Positions 1 to 12,743 of a stretch of DNA of 64,000 bases are shown here, piece by piece. Origin of the DNA: Nemertoderma westbladi (lineage: Eukaryota > Animalia > Xenacoelomorpha); contig JAUCBJ010000491.1 of the NCBI GenBank assembly GCA_032718475.1, positions 55,950 through 119,949 on the forward strand. Direction: 5' to 3'. The notes under the pieces are model-generated. The model worked only from the letters and a program-made list of their open reading frames with translations. It made no database searches and had not been told where the DNA came from. Position numbers and translations under genes: made by a program. Position 1 is the stretch's first letter. Each line of letters starts with the position of its first letter.

Positions 1-1975
1 AAAATTCAGAAGTGCCGAAATGACCTTCATAAGGCGCAGAAAGAGTCCCGACTCAAACAGACTACAGCGGCCAAAAATTCAGTTAAGGCTGCATCTAGGT
101 CCCTGAACAGGCAGTACTCTGCTAATGTACAGGAGCTAATAAACCAACAGGTTGATGCCATCAATGATGCTGACGACAGCAGGCAATCATCCCAGGCATG
201 GAAATCGATCAATCTGCTTACTGGGCGGAAAAGCCAACCAACCACCAAGGTTAAGGCTGAATCACCAGCCGATCGCCTCAATGGTTGGAAAGCCCACTTT
301 GAAAAGCTCCTCAATAATGATAGGGTATTGCCTGATAACTTTATAGAAGTAAAAGTGTCTGAGTCTGTACTCCCAGATATTCCCATTGGCGATATTTCCT
401 TTGCAGAAGTGAAGGCTGCTGCAAAGAGCATTAAGACCAATCGTGCCAGTGGAGTAGATGGTGTTCCCCCTGAGGTCTTTAAAATACCTGAGTGTTTAAA
501 GCTCATCTATCCCATCATAGTAGACATGTACCGAACAACAAGAGTCCCACAAGAAATGAAAACAAATAAGTTGGTGCCAGTTCCCAAGAAGGGCAACCTA
601 ACACTCTATGGTTCTTTTCGGGGAATCTCATTGATCTCGATTGCTGCAAAGCTATACAATAGGATTCTATTAAATCGCATCAGGGATCCCATTGAGAGAC
701 TGCTCCGTGGAAATCAGAATGGGTTCCGTAAAGGTCGTGGGACCATGGAGCCCATTTTGGCACTTAGAAGGATAATTGAAGAGTTATCAAAAAAGAAAGA
801 CAGGCATCTGGCTGTTATCTTTGTTGACTTCTTCAAGGCCTTTGATTCAGTCTCTCGCTCACGTATGTTCAGCATACTTTCATTATATGGGATTCCTGAT
901 GAAATTATTGCAGCAATCAGATCAGTATACGATGGTTCGACAACATTTGTGTCTACTGTTGACGGTGACACAGAACCATTTGAAGTGTTATGGGGCGTCC
1001 TCCAAGGAGACACACTTGCACCATTCTTGTTCATTATTGTGGTTGACTATGTTCTACGCATGTCCTTAGATCATTATAATGATGATGGGGTGATGATAAC
1101 TCCACCTACTGGCTCCAGAAGTCGAGGAAATCCTGCCAAGTACCTAACTGATCTAGACTTTGCTGATGACTTAGGAGTACTATCAGAATAATTAGAGGGA
1201 GCCCAACGGCTCCTCAGCTCATTAGAACATGCTGCTTCTAGTGTTGGTCTTTTTATTAACTCCAGAAAGACCAAAATTCTGACAGTTAACTTTGAAAGTC
1301 CTCAGCAAGTCTCTGATCGGATGAGCATAAGCTCAAAGGATGGTATGCTTGAGCATGTGGACGACTTCTGTTACCTGGGATCATGGATCCGGAAGTCAGG
1401 TGAGGACCTTCGAATACGTAAGGGAAAGGCATGGGCAGCCTTGAATAGGCTTTCCAGGATTTGGAAGTCACCGAGAATTAATCGGAAACTTAAGGTCCGA
1501 TTATTTAGAGCAGCAGTAGTTCCAGTACTCCTCTACGGGAGTCCATGCTGGGCTCTAACTGCTGAGGACACCAAATCTCTGGATGGCACATTCACAAGAA
1601 TGCTACGCCGGGTTCATTGCGTCAAGTACAATGCACACATCTCCAACCAGACACTATATAACATTGGAGGTGTCTCATTGGTTCCCCCAAGTTGACACTA
1701 GAACAAAATCGCCTCCGCTTTGCAGGACATTGCTTTCGCCGTGAGGACCAGCCAGTGCATAATCTTGTACTTTGGCAGCCTCATGGAGTGAATAAGCATG
1801 GTGGACAGCCCATGACTTTCTTGAGACGCATCTTAAAGGACACTGGCCTTAAAGATGCGGATGATCTAGCAAATGTCATGGGTGATAGGGAGTTGTGGCG
1901 GTGCAATTTTGTTGACAAGCCGGCACAGCATTCTTAAAAATGCAGCTGCAATGCAGCATGCCGATCATAGTAGTA
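1..1975 (+). mobile_element. RTE-clade non-LTR retrotransposon, 3' part (RT domain + C-terminus + 3' UTR), disrupted
   Basis: Frame 1 is open from base 1 (..QSSQAWKSINLLTGRK..) into RT motifs RASGVDGVPPEVFK, PVPKKGN, FRGISLIS, NQNGFRKGRGT, FVDFFKAFDSV, GVLQGDTLAPFLF, LDFADD. In-frame TAA at 1189-1191, same frame resumes (GLFINSRKTKI, FCYLGSWI, VLLYGS), frameshift near 1690, then RLRFAGHCFR..VLWQP. Stop at 1935-1937, followed by a GCTGCAATGCAGC hairpin and a short TAGTAG tail. The 5' part lies outside the window. Confidence 0.92.
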
Positions 1976-4900
1976 TCGCCAACCTTCACTAACCTTCTGT
2001 CTCCACCCTTCACCAACCTTCTGTCTCCAACCTTCACTAACCTTCTGTCTCCAACTTTCACCAACCTTCTGTCTCCAACCTTCACTAACCTTCTGTCTCC
2101 AACCTTCACTAACCTTCTGTCTCCAACCTTCACTAACCTTCTGTCTCCAACCTTCACTAACCTTCTGTCTCCAACCTTCACCAACCTTCACTAACCTTCT
2201 ATCGCCAACCTTCACTAACCTTCTGTCTCCAACCTTCACCAACCTTCTGTATCCATCCTTCACTAACCTTCTGCCTCCAACCTTCACTAACCTTCTGTCT
2301 CCAACCTTCACTAACCTTCTATCTCCAACCTTCACTAACCTTCTATCGCCAACCTTCACTAACCTTCTGTCTCCAACCTTCACCAACCTTCTGTCTCCAA
2401 CCTTCACTAACCTTCTGTCTCCAACCTTCACTAACCTTCTATCTCCAACCTTCACTAACCTTCTATCGCCAACCTTCACTAACCTTCTGTCTCCAACCTT
2501 CACCAACCTTCAGTCTCCAACCTTCACTAACCTTCTGTCTCCAACTTTCACCAACCTTCACCAACCTTCTGTCTCCAACCTTCACTAACCTTCTGCCTCC
2601 AACCTTCACTAACCTTCTGTCTCCAACCTTCACTAACCTTCTGTCTCCAACCTTCACTAACCTTCTGTCTCCAACCTTCACCAACCTTCTGTCTCCAACC
2701 TTCACTAACCTTCTATCTTCAACCTTCACCAACCTTCACTAACCTTCTGTATCCAACCTTCACTAACCTTCTATCTCCAACCTTCACTAACCTTCTATCG
2801 CCAACCTTCACTAACCTTCTGTCTCCAACCTTCACTAACCTTCTGTCTCCAACCTTCACCAACCTTCTGTCTCCAACCTTCACTAACCTTCTGTCTCCAA
2901 CCTTCACCAACCTTCTGTCTCCAACCTTCACTAACCTTCTGTCTCCAACCTTCACTAACCTTCTGTCTCCAACCTTCACTAACCTTCTGTCTCCAACCTT
3001 CACCAACCTTCACTAACATTCTGCCTCCAACCTTCACTAACCTTCTATCTCCATCCTTCACTAACCTTCTGTCCCCAATCTTCACTAACCTTCTGTCTCC
3101 AACCTTCACTAACCTTCTGTCTCCAACCTTCACTAACCTTCTGTCTCCAACCTTCACTAACCTTCTGTCTCCAACCTTCACTAACCTTCTGTTTCCAACC
3201 TTCACTAACCTTCTGTCTCCAACCTTCACTAACCTTATGTTTCCAACCTTCACTAACCTTCTGTCTCCAACCTTCACTAACCTTCTGTCTCCAACCTTCA
3301 TCAACCTTCACTAACCTTCTGTTTCCAACCTTCACTAACCTTCTGTCCCCAATCTTCACTAACCTTCTGTCTCCAACCTTCACTAACCTTCTGTCTCCAA
3401 CCTTCACTAACCTTCTGTCTCCAACCTTCACTAACCTTCTGTTTCCAACCTTCACTAACCTTCTGTCTCCAACCTTCACTAACCTTCTGTTTCCAACCTT
3501 CACTAACCTTCTGTCTCCAACCTTCACTAACCTTCTGTCTCCAACCTTCACTAACCTTCTGTCTCCAACCTTCACTAACCTTCTGTCTCCAACCTTCACT
3601 AACCTTCTGTCTCCAACCTTCACTAACCTTCTGTCTCCAACCTTCACCAACCTTCACTAACCTTCTGTTTCCAACCTTCACTAACCTTCTATCGCCAACC
3701 TTCACTAACCTTCTGTCTCCAACCTTCACTAACCTTCTGTCTCCAACCTTCACTAACCTTCTGTCTCCAACCTTCACTAACCGTCTGTCTCCAACCTTCA
3801 CCAACCTTCACTAACCTTCTGTTTCCAACCTTCACTAACCTTCTGTCCCCAATCTTCACTAACCTTCTGTCTCCAACCTTCACTAACCTTCTGTCCCCAA
3901 TCTTCACTAACCTTCTGTCTCCAACCTTCACTAACCTTCTGTCTCCAACCTTCACTAACCTTCTGTTTCCAACCTTCACTAACCTTCTTTCTCCAACCTT
4001 CACTAACCTTCTGTCTCCAACCTTCACCAACCTTCACTAACCTTCTGTTTCCAACCTTCACTAACCTTCTGTCCCCAATCTTCACTAACCTTCTGTCTCC
4101 AACCTTCACTAACCTTCTGTCTCCAACCTTCACTAACCTTCTGTCTCCAACCTTCACTAACCTTCTGTTTCCAACCTTCACTAACCTTCTGTCTCCAACC
4201 TTCACTAACCTTCTGTTTCCAACCTTCACTAACCTTCTGTCACCAACCTTCACTAACCATCTGTCTCCAACCTTCACTAACCTTCTGTTTCCAACCTTCA
4301 CTAACCTTCTGTCCCCAATCTTCACTAACCTTCTGTCTCCAACCTTCACCAACCTTCACTAACCTTCTGTTTCCAACCTTCACTAACCTTCTGTCTCCAA
4401 CCTTCACTAACCTTCTGTCTCCAACCTTCACCAACCTTCACTAACCTTCTGTTTCCACACTTCACTAACCTTCTGTTTCCAACCTTCACTAACCTTCTGT
4501 CCCCAATCTTCACTAACCTTCTGTCTCCAACCTTCACCAACCTTCACTAACTTTCTGTTTCCAACCTTCACTAACCTTCTGTTTCCAACCTTCACTAACC
4601 TTCTGTCCCCAATCTTCACTAACCTTCTGTCTCCAACCTTCACCAACCTTCACTAACCTTCTGTTTCCAACCTTCAATAACCTTCTGTTTCCAACCTTCA
4701 CTAACCTTCTGTCCCCAATCTTCACTAACCTTCTGTCTCCAACCTTCACTAACCTTCTGTCTCCAACCTTCACTAACCTTCTGTCTCCAACCTTCACTAA
4801 CCTTCTGTCACCAACCTTCACTAACCTTCTGTCTCCAACCTTCACCAACCTTCACTAACCTTCTGTCTCCAACCTTCACCAACCTTCTGTCCCCAATCTT

Positions 4901-7900
4901 CACTAACCTTCTGTCTCCAACCTTCACTAACCTTCTGTATCCATCCTTCACTAACCTTCTGCCTCCAACCTTCACTAACCTTCTATCTCCATCCTTCACT
5001 AAACTTCTGTCCCCAATCTTCACTAACCTTCTGTCTCCAACCTTCACTAACCTTCTGTCTCCAACCTTCACTAACCTTCTGTCTCCAACCTTCACTAACC
5101 TTCTGTTTCCAACCTTCACTAACCTTCTGTCTCCAACCTTCACTAACCTTCTGTTTCCAACCTTCACTAACCTTCTGTCTCCAACCTTCACAAACCTTCT
5201 GTCTCCAACCTTCACCAACCTTCACTAATCTTCTGTTTCCAACCTTCACTAACCTTCTGTCTCCAACCTTCACTAACCTTCTGTCTCCAACCTTCACCAA
5301 CCTTCACTAACCTTCTGTTTCCAACCTTCACTAACCTTCTGTTTCCAACCTTCACTAACCTTCTGTCCCCAATCTTCACTAACCTTCTGTCTCCAACCTT
5401 AACCAACCTTCACTAACCTTCTGTTTCCAACCTTCACTAACCTTCTGTCTCCAACCTTCACCAACCTTCACTAACCTTCTGTCTCCAACCTTCACCAACC
5501 TTCACTAACCTTCTGTTTCCAACCTTCACTAACCTTCTGTCTCCAACCTTCACTAACCTTCTGTCCCCAATCTTCACTAACCTTCTGTCTCCAACCTTCA
5601 CTAACCTTCTGTCCCCAATCTTCACTAACCTTCTGTCTCCAACCTTCACTAACCTTCTGTCTCCAACCTTCACTAACCTTCTGTTTCCAACCTTCACTAA
5701 CCTTCTTTCTCCAACCTTCACTAACCTTCTGTCTCCAACCTTCACCAACCTTCACTAACCTTCTGTCTCCAACCTTCACCAACCTTCTGTCCCCAATCTT
5801 CACTAACCTTCTGTTTCCAACCTTCACTAACCTTCTGTCCCCAATCTTCACTAACCTTCTGTCTCCAACCTTCACTAACCTTCTGTCTCCAACCTTCACT
5901 AACCTTCTGTCTCCAACCTTCACTAACCTTCTGTTTCCAACCTTCACTAACCTTCTGTCTCCAACCTTCACTAACCTTCTGTTTCCAACCTTCACTAACC
6001 TTCTGTCACCAACCTTCACTAACCATCTGTCTCCAACCTTCACTAACCTTCTGTTTCCAACCTTCACTAACCTTCTGTCCCCAATCTTCACTAACCTTCT
6101 GTCTCCAACCTTCACCAACCTTCACTAACCTTCTGTTTCCAACCTTCACTAACCTTCTGTCTCCAACCTTCACTAACCTTCTGTCTCCAACCTTCACCAA
6201 CCTTCACTAACCTTCTGTTTCCACACTTCACTAACCTTCTGTTTCCAACCTTCACTAACCTTCTGTCCCCAATCTTCACTAACCTTCTGTCTCCAACCTT
6301 CACCAACCTTCACTAACCTTCTGTTTCCAACCTTCACTAACCTTCTGTTTCCAACCTTCACTAACCTTCTGTCCCCAATCTTCACTAACCTTCTGTCTCC
6401 AACCTTCACCAACCTTCACTAACCTTCTGTTTCCAACCTTCACTAACCTTCTGTTTCCAACCTTCACTAACCTTCTGTCCCCAATCTTCACTAACCTTCT
6501 GTCTCCAACCTTCACTAACCTTCTGTCTCCAACCTTGACTAACCTTCTGTCTCCAACCTTCACTAACCTTCTGTCACCAACCTTCACTAACCTTCTGTCT
6601 CCAACCTTCACCAACCTTCACCAACCTTCACTAACCTTCTGTCTCCAACCTTCACCAACCTTCTGTCCCCAATCTTCACTAACCTTCTGTCTCCAACCTT
6701 CACTAACCTTCTGTATCCATCCTTCACTAACCTTCTGCCTCCAACCTTCACTAACCTTCTATCTCCATCCTTCACTAAACTTCTGTCCCCAATCTTCACT
6801 AACCTTCTGTCTCCAACCTTCACTAACCTTCTGTCTCCAACCTTCACTAACCTTCTGTCTCCAACCTTCACTAACCTTCTGTTTCCAACCTTCACTAACC
6901 TTCTGTCTCCAACCTTCACTAACCTTCTGTTTCCAACCTTCACTAACCTTCTGTCTCCAACCTTCACAAACCTTCTGTCTCCAACCTTCACCAACCTTCA
7001 CTAACCTTCTGTTTCCAACCTTCACTAACCTTCTGTCTCCAACCTTCACTAACCTTCTGTCTCCAACCTTCACCAACCTTCACTAACCTTCTGTTTCCAA
7101 CCTTCACTAACCTTCTGTTTCCAACCTTCACTAACCTTCTGTCCCCAATCTTCACTAACCTTCTGTCTCCAACCTTCACCAACCTTCACTAACCTTCTGT
7201 TTCCAACCTTCACTAACCTTCTGTCTCCAACCTTCACCAACCTTCTGTCTCCAACCTTCACTAACCTTCTGTCTCCAACCTTCACCAAACTTCACTAACC
7301 TTCTGTTTCCAACCTTCACTAACCTTCTGTCCCCAATCTTCACTAACCATCTGTCTCCAACCTTCACTAACCTTCTGTTTCCAACCTTCACTAACCTTCT
7401 GTCCCCAATCTTCACTAACCTTCTGTCCCCAATCTTCACTAACCATCTGTCTCCAACCTTCACTAACCTTCTGTTTCCAACCTTCACTAACCTTCTGTCC
7501 CCAATCTTCACTAACCTTCTGTTTCCAACCTTCACTAACCTTCTGTCCCCAATCTTCACTAACCTTATGTTTCCAACCTTCACTAACCTTCTGTCCCCAA
7601 TCTTCACTAACCTTCTGTTTCCAACCTTCACTAACCTTCTGTCTCCAACCTTCACCAACCTTCACTAACCTTCTGTTTCCAACCTTCACTAACCTTCTGT
7701 CCCCAATCTTCACTAACCTTCTGTCTCCAACCTTCCCTAACCTTCTGTCTCCAACCTTCACTAACCTTCTGTCTCCAACCTTCACTAACCTTCTGTCACC
7801 AACCTTCACTAACCTTCTGTCTCCAACCTTCACTAACCTTCTGTCTCCAACCTTCACTAACCTTCTGTTTCCAACCTTCACTAACCTTCTTTCTCCAACC

Positions 7901-10900
7901 TTCACTAACCTTCTGTCTCCAACCTTCACCAACCTTCACTAACCTTCTGTTTCCAACCTTCACTAACCTTCTGTCCCCAATCTTCACTAACCTTCTGTCT
8001 CCAACCTTCACTAACCTTCTGTCTCCAACCTTCACTAACCTTCTGTCTCCAACCTTCACTAACCTTCTGTTTCCAACCTTCACTAACCTTCTGTCTCCAA
8101 CCTTCACTAACCTTCTGTTTCCAACCTTCACTAACCTTCTGTCACCAACCTTCACTAACCATCTGTCTCCAACCTTCACTAACCTTCTGTTTCCAACCTT
8201 CACTAACCTTCTGTCCCCAATCTTCACTAACCTTCTGTCTCCAACCTTCACCAACCTTCACTAACCTTCTGTTTCCAACCTTCACTAACCTTCTGTCTCC
8301 AACCTTCACTAACCTTCTGTCTCCAACCTTCACCAACCTTCACTAACCTTCTGTTTCCACACTTCACTAACCTTCTGTTTCCAACCTTCACTAACCTTCT
8401 GTCCCCAATCTTCACTAACCTTCTGTCTCCAACCTTCACCAACCTTCACTAACTTTCTGTTTCCAACCTTCACTAACCTTCTGTTTCCAACCTTCACTAA
8501 CCTTCTGTCCCCAATCTTCACTAACCTTCTGTCTCCAACCTTCACCAACCTTCACTAACCTTCTGTTTCCAACCTTCAATAACCTTCTGTTTCCAACCTT
8601 CACTAACCTTCTGTCCCCAATCTTCACTAACCTTCTGTCTCCAACCTTCACTAACCTTCTGTCTCCAACCTTCACTAACCTTCTGTCTCCAACCTTCACT
8701 AACCTTCTGTCACCAACCTTCACTAACCTTCTGTCTCCAACCTTCACCAACCTTCACTAACCTTCTGTCTCCAACCTTCACCAACCTTCTGTCCCCAATC
8801 TTCACTAACCTTCTGTCTCCAACCTTCACTAACCTTCTGTATCCATCCTTCACTAACCTTCTGCCTCCAACCTTCACTAACCTTCTATCTCCATCCTTCA
8901 CTAAACTTCTGTCCCCAATCTTCACTAACCTTCTGTCTCCAACCTTCACTAACCTTCTGTCTCCAACCTTCACTAACCTTCTGTCTCCAACCTTCACTAA
9001 CCTTCTGTTTCCAACCTTCACTAACCTTCTGTCTCCAACCTTCACTAACCTTCTGTTTCCAACCTTCACTAACCTTCTGTCTCCAACCTTCACAAACCTT
9101 CTGTCTCCAACCTTCACCAACCTTCACTAATCTTCTGTTTCCAACCTTCACTAACCTTCTGTCTCCAACCTTCACTAACCTTCTGTCTCCAACCTTCACC
9201 AACCTTCACTAACCTTCTGTTTCCAACCTTCACTAACCTTCTGTTTCCAACCTTCACTAACCTTCTGTCCCCAATCTTCACTAACCTTCTGTCTCCAACC
9301 TTAACCAACCTTCACTAACCTTCTGTTTCCAACCTTCACTAACCTTCTGTCTCCAACCTTCACCAACCTTCACTAACCTTCTGTTTCCAACCTTCACTAA
9401 CCTTCTGTCTCCAACCTTCACTAACCTTCTGTCTCCAACCTTCACCAACCTTCACTAACCTTCTGTTTCCAACCTTCACTAACCTTCTGTCTCCAACCTT
9501 CACTAACCTTCTGTCCCCAATCTTCACTAACCTTCTGTCTCCAACCTTCACTAACCTTCTGTCCCCAATCTTCACTAACCTTCTGTCTCCAACCTTCACT
9601 AACCTTCTGTCTCCAACCTTCACTAACCTTCTGTTTCCAACCTTCACTAACCTTCTTTCTCCAACCTTCACTAACCTTCTGTCTCCAACCTTCACCAACC
9701 TTCACTAACCTTCTGTCTCCAACCTTCACCAACCTTCTGTCCCCAATCTTCACTAACCTTCTGTTTCCAACCTTCACTAACCTTCTGTCCCCAATCTTCA
9801 CTAACCTTCTGTCTCCAACCTTCACTAACCTTCTGTCTCCAACCTTCACTAACCTTCTGTCTCCAACCTTCACTAACCTTCTGTTTCCAACCTTCACTAA
9901 CCTTCTGTCTCCAACCTTCACTAACCTTCTGTTTCCAACCTTCACTAACCTTCTGTCACCAACCTTCACTAACCATCTGTCTCCAACCTTCACTAACCTT
10001 CTGTTTCCAACCTTCACTAACCTTCTGTCCCCAATCTTCACTAACCTTCTGTCTCCAACCTTCACCAACCTTCACTAACCTTCTGTTTCCAACCTTCACT
10101 AACCTTCTGTCTCCAACCTTCACTAACCTTCTGTCTCCAACCTTCACCAACCTTCACTAACCTTCTGTTTCCACACTTCACTAACCTTCTGTTTCCAACC
10201 TTCACTAACCTTCTGTCCCCAATCTTCACTAACCTTCTGTCTCCAACCTTCACCAACCTTCACTAACCTTCTGTTTCCAACCTTCACTAACCTTCTGTTT
10301 CCAACCTTCACTAACCTTCTGTCCCCAATCTTCACTAACCTTCTGTCTCCAACCTTCACCAACCTTCACTAACCTTCTGTTTCCAACCTTCACTAACCTT
10401 CTGTTTCCAACCTTCACTAACCTTCTGTCCCCAATCTTCACTAACCTTCTGTCTCCAACCTTCACTAACCTTCTGTCTCCAACCTTGACTAACCTTCTGT
10501 CTCCAACCTTCACTAACCTTCTGTCACCAACCTTCACTAACCTTCTGTCTCCAACCTTCACCAACCTTCACCAACCTTCACTAACCTTCTGTCTCCAACC
10601 TTCACCAACCTTCTGTCCCCAATCTTCACTAACCTTCTGTCTCCAACCTTCACTAACCTTCTGTATCCATCCTTCACTAACCTTCTGCCTCCAACCTTCA
10701 CTAACCTTCTATCTCCATCCTTCACTAAACTTCTGTCCCCAATCTTCACTAACCTTCTGTCTCCAACCTTCACTAACCTTCTGTCTCCAACCTTCACTAA
10801 CCTTCTGTCTCCAACCTTCACTAACCTTCTGTTTCCAACCTTCACTAACCTTCTGTCTCCAACCTTCACTAACCTTCTGTTTCCAACCTTCACTAATCTT

Positions 10901-12600
10901 CTGTCTCCAACCTTCACAAACCTTCTGTCTCCAACCTTCACCAACCTTCACTAACCTTCTGTTTCCAACCTTCACTAACCTTCTGTCTCCAACCTTCACT
11001 AACCTTCTGTCTCCAACCTTCACCAACCTTCACTAACCTTCTGTTTCCAACCTTCACTAACCTTCTGTTTCCAACCTTCACTAACCTTCTGTCCCCAATC
11101 TTCACTAACCTTCTGTCTCCAACCTTCACCAACCTTCACTAACCTTCTGTTTCCAACCTTCACTAACCTTCTGTCTCCAACCTTCACCAACCTTCTGTCT
11201 CCAACCTTCACTAACCTTCTGTCTCCAACCTTCACCAAACTTCACTAACCTTCTGTTTCCAACCTTCACTAACCTTCTGTCCCCAATCTTCACTAACCAT
11301 CTGTCTCCAACCTTCACTAACCTTCTGTTTCCAACCTTCACTAACCTTCTGTCCCCAATCTTCACTAACCTTCTGTCCCCAATCTTCACTAACCATCTGT
11401 CTCCAACCTTCACTAACCTTCTGTTTCCAACCTTCACTAACCTTCTGTCCCCAATCTTCACTAACCTTCTGTTTCCAACCTTCACTAACCTTCTGTCCCC
11501 AATCTTCACTAACCTTATGTTTCCAACCTTCACTAACCTTCTGTCCCCAATCTTCACTAACCTTCTGTTTCCAACCTTCACTAACCTTCTGTCTCCAACC
11601 TTCACCAACCTTCACTAACCTTCTGTTTCCAACCTTCACTAACCTTCTGTCCCCAATCTTCACTAACCTTCTGTCTCCAACCTTCCCTAACCTTCTGTCT
11701 CCAACCTTCACTAACCTTCTGTCTCCAACCTTCACTAACCTTCTGTCACCAACCTTCACTAACCTTCTGTCTCCAACCTTCACCAACCTTCACTAACCTT
11801 CTGTCTCCAACCTTCACTAACCTTCTGTCTCCAACCTTCACTAACCTTCTGTCACCAACCTTCACTAACCTTCTGTCTCCAACCTTCACCAACCTTCACT
11901 AACCTTCTGTCTCCAACCTTCACCAACCTTCTGTCCCCAATCTTCACTAACCTTCTGTCTCCAACCTTCACTAACCTTCTGTATCCATCCTTCACTAACC
12001 TTCTGCCTCCAACCTTCACTAACCTTCTATCTCCATCCTTCACTAACCTTCTGTCCCCAATCTTCACTAACCTTCTGTCTCCAACCTTCACTAACCTTCT
12101 GTCTCCAACCTTCACTAACCTTCTGTCTCCAACCTTCACTAACCTTCTGTTTCCAACCTTCACTAACCTTCTGTCTCCAACCTTCACTAACCTTCTGTTT
12201 CCAACCTTCACTAACCTTCTGTCTCCAACCTTCACTAACCTTCTGTCTCCAACCTTCACCAACCTTCACTAACCTTCTGTTTCCAACCTTCACTAACCTT
12301 CTGTCTCCAACCTTCACTAACCTTCTGTCTCCAACCTTCACCAACCTTCACTAACCTTCTGTTTCCAACCTTCACTAACCTTCTGTCCCCAATCTTCACT
12401 AACCTTCTGTCTCCAACCTTCACTAACCTTCTATCCCCAACCTTCACTAACCTTCTGCCTCCAACCTTCACTAACCTTCTGTCTCCAACCTTCACTAACC
12501 TTCTGTCTCCAACCTTCACCAACCTTCACTAACCTTCTATCCCCAACCTTCACTAACTTTCTGCCTCCAACCTTCACTAACCTTCCGTCTCCAACCTTCT
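1974..12600 (-). repeat. 24-bp tandem array (plus strand CCAACCTTCACTAACCTTCTGTCT, about 420-440 units plus 10-bp partial units); unit = amplified exon-end/5' splice site
   Basis: Periodicity is directly visible. The minus-strand unit GAAGGTTGGAGACAGAAG|GTTAGT matches the end of exon 12582-12743 plus its donor. Confidence 0.97.
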
Positions 12601-12743
12601 ATCTGATTATTCAGCTCCAGGTTTCGAACCTCCGACCGCCTAAGTTTACTCGCTAACTCCAAGTGTTTCATCTCTAATCCATCGGATTTGCGTTGTAGCG
12701 AACTGTTGCTACGCAACAACTCGGAATTCTTATTTAAGGAATC
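12582..12743 (-). CDS. FYCO1: FYCO1-like exon (coiled coil; DSLNKNSELL..NNQIEGWRRK)
   Basis: Acceptor ttttag at 12744-12745; donor AAG|GTTAGT at 12581; 162 bp, phase 0/0. Confidence 0.82.

Noticed and set aside
1876-12522. Dozens of VKVGDRRL / VSEGWRQK ORFs
   Set aside because: Translations of the 24-bp array, interrupted by 10-bp partial units; intronic, with no independent gene structure.
1974-12600. Telomere-like GGTTAG/CTAACC motif
   Set aside because: It occurs once per 24-bp unit and is the AAG|GTTAGT donor; not a telomeric tract.
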